From the NCBI GenBank assembly GCA_964252035.1, contig OZ176205.1: a stretch of 64,000 bases of DNA, one strand, 5' to 3'. The translations under genes and the position numbers were made by a program. Below, one piece after another: positions 41,497 through 50,378 of this stretch. This DNA is from Podarcis erhardii (Eukaryota). The notes under the pieces are model-generated. The model made no database searches. It was given only the letters and a program-made list of their open reading frames with translations, and had not been told where the DNA came from. How positions within the stretch are numbered: position 1 is the stretch's first letter; each line of letters starts with the position of its first letter.

Positions 41497-42359
41497 GTTA
41501 CAGATAGGTAGCCGTGTTGGTCTGCCATGGTCAAAACAAAATAAAAAAATTCCTTCCAGTAGCACCTTAAAGACCAACTGAGTTAGTTCTAGGTATGAGC
41601 TTTCGTGTGCATGCACACTTCTTCAGATACACTGAAACAGAAGTCACCGGACCTTTCAATATAGTGAGAAGGTGGGGAGGGGTATTACTCAGAAGGGTGG
41701 TGGGAATGGGTGATTGGCAGATAGCTGCGATGAGCCTGTTGACGACTCTTAACGACTGCAATAGGTCTAACAGGAAAAAGCAAGGGGTGAGAAGGTGAAA
41801 AATGGCTTTGTCATGTATAATGAGATAAGAATCCAATGTCTTTATTCAAACCAGGTCTCTCCATAGTTTTAAGTTTGGTGATAAGTTGCAATTCAGCAGC
41901 TTCTCTTTCCAGTCTATTTCTGAAATTCCTTTGTAATAGAACAGCTACTTTGAGATCTTGTATAGAATGTCCTGGGAGATTGAAGTGTTCTCCTACTGGT
42001 TTTTCTGTCTTGTGGTTCCTGATGTCGGATTTATGTCCATTTATTCTTTGGCGTAAGGTCTGGCCTGTTTGTCCAATATAGAGAGCTGAAGGACACTGTT
42101 GGCATTTTATGGCATACACAATGTTAGACGATGAGCAATTAAATAGTCCCGAGATGGTATGTGTGATGTTGTTGGGGCCAGTAATGGTGTTGTCCGGGTG
42201 TATGTGGCAGCAAAGTTGGCATCTGGGTTTATTGCAGGCTCTGGTGCCAGTGTCCGTGTTAAGTCTGGTTATAGTATTATTGTGGGTTAGGAGTTGTTTA
42301 AGATTGGGGGGCTGTCTGGAGGCAATGAAAGGTCTTCCTCCTTTCATTGCCTCCAGACA
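41497..42359 (-). mobile_element. Penelope-like retroelement (Neptune-type), 5'-truncated copy 1 with terminal 20-bp fold-back
   Basis: Minus-strand frame 41811-42341 encodes RQPPNLKQLL..CNKPRCQLC (Cys-rich linker)..VYAIKCQQCPSALYIGQTG (GIY-YIG)..RINGH..HF..EREAAE..GLN. Followed by a 3' non-coding region with a hammerhead motif and a tail ending at 41497. Confidence 0.9.
41593..41630 (-). ncRNA. Minimal type-I hammerhead ribozyme motif (PLE copy 1)
   Basis: Same 38-nt motif, unchanged although the flanking sequence differs from copy 2. Confidence 0.75.
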
Positions 42360-42410
42360 CTGGCTGGGGCCAATGGGAGTTGGAGTCCAGCAATATCTGG
42401 AGAGCCACAA

Positions 42411-43409
42411 TCAAAACAAAAAAATTCCTTCCAGTAGCACCTTAAAGACCAACTAAGTCAGTTCTTGGTATGAGCTTTCGTGTGCATGCACACTTCTTCA
42501 GATACACTGAAACAGAAGTTTCCAGACCTTTCTATATAGTGAGAAGGTGGGGAGGGGTATTACTCAGAAGGGTGGTAGGAATGGGTGATTGGCAGATAGC
42601 TGTGATGAGCCTGTTGATGACTCTTAACGACTGCAATAGGTCTTACAGGAGGAAGCAAGGGGTGAAAAGGTGAAAAATGGCTTTGTCATGTATAATGAGA
42701 TAAGAATCCAAGGTCTTTGTTCAGGCCAGGTTTTTCCATGGTTTTAAGTTTGGTGATAAGTTGTAATTCAGCAGCTTCTCTTTCCAGTCTATTTCTGAAA
42801 TTCCTTTGTAGTAAAACAGCTACTTTGAGATCTTGTATAGAATGTCCTGGGAGATTGAAGTGTTCTCCTACTGGTTTCTCTGTCTTGTGATTCCTGATGT
42901 CCGATTTATGTCCGTTTATTCTTTGGCGTAAGGTCTGGCCTGTTTGTCCAATATAGAGAGCTGAAGGACACTGTTGGCATTTTATGGCATACACAATGTT
43001 AGACGATGAGCAATTAAATAGTCCCGAAATGGTATGTGTGATGTTGTTGGGGCCAGTAATGGTGTTGTCCGGGTGTATGTGGCAGCAAAGTTGGCATCTG
43101 GGTTTATTACAGGCTCTGGTGCCAGTGTCTGTGTTAGGTCTGGTTGTAGTATTATTGTGGGTTAGGAGTTGTTTAAGACTGGGTGGCTGTCTGTAGGCAA
43201 TGAAAGGTCTTCCTCCCAGAGCTTGAGAAAGAGAACTGTCATTGTCCAGGAGAGGTTGTAGATCTCTGATGATGCGTTGTACTGTTTTAACTTGGGAGCT
43301 GTATGTGATGACTAGAGGTGTTCTGTTATTTTCTTTTTTGGGTCTGTCTTGCAGCAAGTTCTCTCTGGGTATCAGTCTGGCTCTGTTGATCTGTTGTCTA
43401 ACTTCATCT
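42411..43409 (-). mobile_element. Penelope-like element copy 2, left arm of palindrome (RT-EN linker plus GIY-YIG endonuclease remnant, 3' region lacking the last 34 nt)
   Basis: Minus ORF DEVRQQINRAR..YIGQTG..GLNKDLGFLSHYT* (stop at 42686-42688). Mirror of the right arm: paired coordinates sum to 86812. Confidence 0.92.
42468..42505 (-). ncRNA. Minimal type-I hammerhead ribozyme motif (PLE left arm)
   Basis: Exact reverse complement of 44307-44344. Confidence 0.75.
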
Positions 43410-44435
43410 GTTAGACAACAGATCAACAGAGCCAGACTGATACCCAGAGAGAACTTGCTGCAAGACAGACCCAAAAAAGAAAATAACAGAACACCTCTAG
43501 TCATCACATACAGCTCCCAAGTTAAAACAGTACAACGCATCATCAGAGATCTACAACCTCTCCTGGACAATGACAGTTCTCTTTCTCAAGCTCTGGGAGG
43601 AAGACCTTTCATTGCCTACAGACAGCCACCCAGTCTTAAACAACTCCTAACCCACAATAATACTACAACCAGACCTAACACAGACACTGGCACCAGAGCC
43701 TGTAATAAACCCAGATGCCAACTTTGCTGCCACATACACCCGGACAACACCATTACTGGCCCCAACAACATCACACATACCATTTCGGGACTATTTAATT
43801 GCTCATCGTCTAACATTGTGTATGCCATAAAATGCCAACAGTGTCCTTCAGCTCTCTATATTGGACAAACAGGCCAGACCTTACGCCAAAGAATAAACGG
43901 ACATAAATCGGACATCAGGAATCACAAGACAGAGAAACCAGTAGGAGAACACTTCAATCTCCCAGGACATTCTATACAAGATCTCAAAGTAGCTGTTTTA
44001 CTACAAAGGAATTTCAGAAATAGACTGGAAAGAGAAGCTGCTGAATTACAACTTATCACCAAACTTAAAACCATGGAAAAACCTGGCCTGAACAAAGACC
44101 TTGGATTCTTATCTCATTATACATGACAAAGCCATTTTTCACCTTTTCACCCCTTGCTTCCTCCTGTAAGACCTATTGCAGTCGTTAAGAGTCATCAACA
44201 GGCTCATCACAGCTATCTGCCAATCACCCATTCCTACCACCCTTCTGAGTAATACCCCTCCCCACCTTCTCACTATATAGAAAGGTCTGGAAACTTCTGT
44301 TTCAGTGTATCTGAAGAAGTGTGCATGCACACGAAAGCTCATACCAAGAACTGACTTAGTTGGTCTTTAAGGTGCTACTGGAAGGAATTTTTTTGTTTTG
44401 ACTGTGGCAGACCAACACGGCTACCTATCTGTAAC
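43410..44435 (+). mobile_element. Penelope-like element copy 2, right arm of palindrome with complete 3' tail
   Basis: Plus ORF VRQQINRAR..GIY-YIG..SHYT* (43410-44126), then the 3' region, hammerhead motif and 34-nt tail to 44435. The 13-bp direct repeat tggagagccacaa lies at 42398-42410 and 44436-44448. Confidence 0.92.
44307..44344 (+). ncRNA. Minimal type-I hammerhead ribozyme motif (PLE right arm)
   Basis: GUAU-CUGAAGA-A-GUGUGCAUGCACAC-GAAA-GCUC|AUAC. Stem I is GUAU/AUAC, the core is CUGANGA and GAAA, and stem II is a palindrome. Predicted cleavage after C44340. Confidence 0.75.
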
Positions 44436-44679
44436 TGGAGAGCCACAAGTTAGCCACCCCTGCTGTAGAATCTATAAGAAAGCTTCCTAAAGAAAACTGA
44501 AAACTCCCCAGGCATGGTCACCATATGGAGGCACAGAGCTACACATTCTGCTAGCAAATGTGCAATTCCTAAACACACACCTGCCAGGTAAAATCAATAC
44601 AAAAGCAAGAGAGGGGTATTTGGCTAGTAGAAGCAGCAGTCAGTTCTCCATGGGAAACGCCCCCTGCAGTAGCAACATG

Positions 44680-44857
44680 CAGTGGCGTAGCATGGGGGTG
44701 CAGGGGGGGGCGGCCGCACCGGGCGCAACATCTGGGGGTTAGGGTTAGGGATAGGGTTAGGGGGTGCAAATCCAGGGTTAGGGGGCGCAAATCCAGGGTT
44801 AGGGGGCGCAAATTACTTGCCTTGCCCCGGGTGCTGACAACCCACGCTACGCCACTG
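44680..44857. mobile_element. hAT-type MITE containing TTAGGG repeats
   Basis: TIR cagtggcgtagc/gctacgccactg and a perfect 8-bp TSD gcaacatg (44672-44679, 44858-44865). Confidence 0.88.
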
Positions 44858-45864
44858 GCAACATGAGGAAAAGGGCTTCCCTTGGAAAATAATGCCCCAC
44901 GCTCAAAAGGAATGTTCCACACTCAAACAGGTCTAACACAACTCATGCTATTCTATTATAAGTATAAGTATATATTTTAAAGTAATAGTCATGTTTGAAT
45001 CTGGACTCTCGGTAAGCCTAGCTTATTCTCTGCAGCTGCAGCTTTGGCTTTGCTGTTTAAAACCTTTGCACCAGGGTAATGCTTGGAATGCATGAATAAT
45101 GTCCTGGAATTGCTGCTGTAACACTGCTGCCTAGGTTGGTTCAGCAGCCAGCAAATCCATCCCAAGTATTTATTTGCTGGCCCAGCAAGCCATAGGATCA
45201 GGTAGTAAAGCTCTGTAAACAAAATAAAGTAAAAACGGGTAGTGGAGAGAGCAGAGAATTTGAAGAAATGGTTTTGTTTTGTTTTTTACAAAAAACCAAT
45301 GTTGTCAGTTTCAAATGTGCATATATGCTTGTGTGTGCTCATGGAAACTAACCATTTTGTTTTTCTGTTTTGCTTGTCCAAGTTTACCCAAACTGGCCAT
45401 AGTACGGACATTAATCCTTCCAGGCTCCAGCATAGTACAGTGATTGTGGAGATTATTTCTATGGCTCTTCCTCTCTACCCCAGTCTTAATGTTTTATCAG
45501 TAGATGAGTTATGGTGCCTGGCCATGCTGTTACCATTTGAAATTATAGCCGCTACAGAAGACTGCAACATAGAATACAGTAGTACAAAACTAAGAGATTA
45601 CAGCCTTGCTACAGTATGTTACAGCTTACAGAAGGGAAGCTTGAAATAGGAATGCCCAGGCACCCTGATCCTTAAAAAGGTGTAGCTGCGACACAGAGTT
45701 GTACAGACAAGGGCAGAATGCACCTAGGTTGATGTAACAGCATTTGGTGCAAGATCAGCAGGGCACAAGGGATGGGGAACCTGTGGCTGACCACTGACCA
45801 TGCTAGATGGGGCCAACAGAAGATGGGGTCCCACAAAACCTGTAAGGTGCTGCCCTATATGTTT

Positions 45865-46217
45865 AAAAGGTAAAGGACCCCCTGGACCATTAAGTCCAGT
45901 CAAAGGGATTGCAGTGCTCATCTCACTTTCACGCCAAGGGAGACGGCGTTTGTCCACAGACAGCTTTCTGGGTCATGTGGCCAGCAAGACTAAACCGCTT
46001 CTGGCACAACGGAACAGCATGACAGAAACTAGAGCGCACGGAAATGCCGTTTACCTTCCCGCCAGAGTGGTACCTATTTATCTACTTGCACTTTTTGGCG
46101 TGCTTTCGAACTGCTAGGTTGGCAGGAGCTGGGACAGAGCAATGCAAGCTCATCCCATTGCCAAGCTTCTGATCGGCAAGCCCAAGAGGCTAGGTGGTTT
46201 AAACCACAGCGCCACCC
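45865..46217 (-). mobile_element. Sauria SINE, full length
   Basis: aaaggtaaaggacccc tail on the plus strand, and head ccacagcgccacc at the right end. Confidence 0.9.
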
Positions 46218-47371
46218 TATGTTTATCAGCTTGGGGACCATAGCACTCCCCTGAAAGGATATTTAACCTAACCCAGCAAGAATATTTTCCTTTCGTTTTT
46301 ATCAGGAGTAGCCAGCATGGTTTCCTCTAAATGTTGTTTAACTCGGTAACTCCCATCCGCCCCACCCAGCATGGCCAATAATTAGGGATGATGGGAATTG
46401 TAGCCCTGCAATATCTAGAAGGACCACTTAGACTAATCCTGCTCTTGTGGTTTCATTCTGCAAACTTAACTGGCAGGCATAGGGAGGTTTCTAAGACCAG
46501 ACATCAATCATTTCCACTTGAAAGGTGAAGGTGTAACCCATCTAGCAAAAAAAGCCAGAGAGAGAGAAATAAGAGTTGGCCAACAAATGGAGGGCATCCA
46601 CAGTCAACCCTTACCATCCCTACGGACTGCTTCAAGCATGATGACTGACAAGTGTTCACTGCTGGATGCCACGGTGACAGGGAATAGCAGCCAATCCATC
46701 CTCCACCACTCAGCCAATATACTTGAGTAGCAATATATCAGTTACATGCACACATTGCATTGCCCTGATTTGTACACATAAAGCATTTTATGCGTGCATG
46801 TAATACAAAGTAATAATGTGTGCCCCTCAGTAGTAGTAAAATGTGGCATCAAATCTCAGTTATAGGCCAACTTCAGTCCTAATGGTTTTGGCATATGCAT
46901 ACTTGTCCCTATGCCAAAAGGCAGTGCTGGGAGTGCTACCTGAAACAGACATACAGCATTTGGAGATGGGAAACTTCCATGACATATGCCTGACCTTTTG
47001 CTAAACTCCATGGGATCAGTAATATCTGCAGTCAGAAGAAAAAGAGAATGAGATTCTTTTGGGGTATGTGAGGATGCACATAAAGGAGTCTCCAAGTTAT
47101 TCTGGCACTTTGAAAGGATGCAATTCCCCAGCCGAGAGCAAGAACATATGTCTGATGAGCACCTATAGGTATCAGCACTGATGTAAAAGTCACTGTGTTC
47201 TCTCTTTCAGCTGATTGCACTGACCTTGAAACTGTACCGAGATGGGTAATGAAACCCCTGTGGCCTTGAGTTAAGATTCTGTCAGACTAGATCTAGGTGA
47301 TGCCAACCCCCACCCCTAAAAGCCATCTTGCTTCTCCTCTAGCAGTAACTGTTCCCTTCTAGAGAGCTCTT

Positions 47372-47376
<5 letters not shown>

Positions 47377-47433
<57 letters not shown>

Positions 47434-47434
47434 T
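47377..47434 (+). repeat. (CT)n(GT)n compound microsatellite
   Basis: Read directly. Confidence 0.95.
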
Positions 47435-48843
47435 ATTTGTGTGTGTGAAATATACTCGGAATTTCATGCTCTTTATTCAGCTCATAGTAGCAATCAATGA
47501 AACTTCCCCCAAAATGTCTAGCTATATATACATTATTTACACAATGGGCCCCGCGTGACTGGCTAATTCCGGGCTGTTCCTGCAGGCCAATCAGGTCGCT
47601 GATTCATTTCCACCTGGAGCTGGATTGGGTGGCTCCTGCGGACCAATCAGACTGCTGCATTCTGGATCCTGTTGTTCTAGGATTCAGCTCAGTACATAAC
47701 ACCCTGGCGCTCTCTCAAGCACACACACAAGAACAAATCAAGTGTCCTGATATGCAGGGCAATCCATGCATAGAGAAGAACCTAGCAAAGGTGCAATCCA
47801 AGTAATTCTGTATGAGATGTCTTCCTGTCTGCATACCATTCAACCCAAATTGCAGGGTAGATAAATGCAAGTGAGCACAGGTGGTGAAAATGCTGCCAAT
47901 TGGATGTATGCCACAGCGAACCCTGAACCACATGCTATTCCAAGCTCCTGGTATAGCTTAAAGTAGGATGCAAATTCTAACATATCTTTATTGTGGTATA
48001 TAGTATCTGAGAGGCTACAACCATTTTTTGAATGACACTTCCTGGTTTTAAAAGGTATAAGGGCCCAGGTGGACCTACCTAAAAGCTGAGAAGGCTTTTG
48101 GCCTGCAAAAAAGGTTCTTGAGTAAATCAGATACTCATCTGTGGGACCTGATAGTTAGCTACAGGGCTAACTGAAAAGTCAAAGACGGTTTCGTATATCT
48201 CACTGTATGCATATCCTCCCACATTTCTCTGATGAAAATAGGGACGTCCCATTCCATCTTACTGGGTTGCCCCTGCCACTTTGGGCAGCTTCCAACGTAA
48301 TGAAAACATAATAAAACATTAAACATTAAAAAGAAAACTTCCCTATACGGGATTGCCTTCAGACGGCTCGGGGGTCAGATAATTCCATAACCTCCAACAT
48401 TTCTCCAATGAAAATAGAGATAGCCTAAGGAAAAGTGGGACATTCTGGGGTCAAATCAGAAACTGGAATTAGCTTCTCTAAATCAGGGACGGCCCTGGAA
48501 AATAGGGACACTTGGAGGGTCTGCTGTATGCAGTAGGCATGCATTCAAGAAATGCCAAAGCTGGAGGTTTTTCCTATAGCATTGGTGTCACTTCAGTGTT
48601 TGCCAATATCTATATTAAAGCCAGTTTCTGAAACAAAAAGGGTGGGGGAGATAATGGCAATACCGAGGAACCTAACCTATAGCTAGAAATGCCCCACATT
48701 TCAATGTCGCTTAAAATATTTAAGCAGAAAAGGGGCCACGGCGGGGGGGGGGGATGAAGGTTCAAAATAAGCAAATATAAACAGATACACATTGGGGCAA
48801 AAACATCGCAACTTCACATATAAGAGAAGTTGGCTCATATTAA

Positions 48844-49045
48844 GAGCCAATGTGGTGAAGCGGCTAGCATGGATAAGGATTAGGAGGCCAGGCTTTAAAT
48901 CCCTGCTCAGCCCTGAAACTCACTGGGTAACCGTGGGCCAGTCACAGTCACTCAGCCTAACCTACCTCAAAGGATTGTTTGTAAAGATACAATGGGGAGG
49001 AAGTGAAATATGTTTGCTACCTTGACCTCTTTGGAGGAGAGATGG
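48844..49045 (+). mobile_element. MIR-like/CORE SINE remnant running into the assembly gap
   Basis: gagccaatgtggtgaagcggct..ctcactgggtaaccgtgggccagtcac..ctcagcctaacctacctcaaaggattgtt. Confidence 0.6.
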
Positions 49046-49381
49046 NNNNNNNNNNNNNNNNNNNNNNNNNNNNNNNNNNNNNNNNNNNNNNNNNNNNNNN
49101 NNNNNNNNNNNNNNNNNNNNNNNNNNNNNNNNNNNNNNNNNNNNNNNNNNNNNNNNNNNNNNNNNNNNNNNNNNNNNNNNNNNNNNNNNNNNNNNNNNNN
49201 NNNNNNNNNNNNNNNNNNNNNNNNNNNNNNNNNNNNNNNNNNNNNNNNNNNNNNNNNNNNNNNNNNNNNNNNNNNNNNNNNNNNNNNNNNNNNNNNNNNN
49301 NNNNNNNNNNNNNNNNNNNNNNNNNNNNNNNNNNNNNNNNNNNNNNNNNNNNNNNNNNNNNNNNNNNNNNNNNNNNNNNNN
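49046..49381. other. Assembly gap (336 N)
   Basis: Run of N. Confidence 1.
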
Positions 49382-50321
49382 GATATAATTTTTCCAGGAT
49401 GAGGTTGGGAGGGGGAAAGTTTTGCTATCAGGCCGTGGCCATCTTGCCAGACACAAGTCTGCTAGTCTCTTACAAGAGGCCCTGCCAGGTAAGATCATTC
49501 ATGAGCGCAAGTTCAGTGTTTCTCCTCACAGGCATTTTGCTTGGAGCCCTGCCGATTCCAATCAAGCGAAGCAGCGGCAGGAGCAGCATCCCTCATTTGC
49601 CAAGGACGGCCAGGAGACAGGAGGAGCAAGCAAAAGTTCTGTTGCAGAGAAATGCCTTCCAGGCAAAACATCCCGAGCCTCAGATTTCACCCTCTGCACC
49701 TCCCCTCTTGCTGTCTTGTAGCCTGTTGTCTGAAGGATGCCGGACTTTTATTATTAATCTTGCTGCTCCCGTGCCATTCTAGGGCCATATTAAAACTTAA
49801 TTAGGGGGGAAATCTATTTCTGATTTGCATACAGAGAAGGGCAGGATTTGGGTTGATGAGAAATTAATATTAATATGTGCTAACAATCGTGCGCCCAGCT
49901 CTGATGCACAATGCAGGAATTGGAGGAGAGCGGGCAAGCAGAGCAAGCCGTCCACCCACCCTCAAAAAACCCCACCCACAACCACTCAGCTGGAGCATTT
50001 GAGAGAGCAGGACGAAGGCCCTTTGGAAAGAAAGGCAGACCTGAGCTGACAATCAGGGCTGTTTTCTGAGCAGCTTGCGGAGCTAATGGGGATGAGGGCA
50101 AGAGGGTCAGCCTGATATGCAGATCAGTTCCACTTAGAAGGGACAAACATCTAATTAAGGCATGTCAGTCTGTCTTCACGCAGCACAAGCACAGTCACTA
50201 CCTTCCCCAGTTAAAGGGCTCTGTTTCCTTTACAAAACCCCATCATATCCTTTACAAATAGGGGCAGGTGTAATCGCCCAAAATCATCAAGCACTCACAG
50301 CATGGGGCACCTCTTAGACAG

Positions 50322-50374
<53 letters not shown>
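50322..50374 (+). repeat. (CT)n(CA)n compound microsatellite
   Basis: Read directly. Confidence 0.95.

Positions 50375-50378
<4 letters not shown>

Larger units (their letters stand above)
41272..44462. mobile_element. Short hairpin-type MITE (hAT-like) interrupted by three insertions
   Basis: Pieces cctgtggccctccagatat (41272-), gctgaactataactcccatcatccct (41471-41496), ctggctggggccaatgggagttggagtccagcaatatctggagagccacaa (42360-42410) and gttagccacccctg (44449-44462) rejoin into the palindromic element also seen at 3219-3346. Confidence 0.75.

Noticed and set aside
41497-44435. GIY-YIG ORFs as a prokaryotic or homing nuclease gene or a CRISPR-like array
   Set aside because: The context, Cys-rich linker and hammerhead identify Penelope-like retroelement remnants. 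There is no spacer-repeat array.
47152-47180. ctgatgagcacctataggt, a hammerhead-like CUGAUGA plus palindrome
   Set aside because: No following GAAA and no stem I partner.
48230-48255. ctgatgaaaatagggacgtccc, hammerhead-like
   Set aside because: No GAAA core half; part of a dispersed repeat.
48962-49782. Long ORFs in the track
   Set aside because: Artefacts of translating through the N gap.
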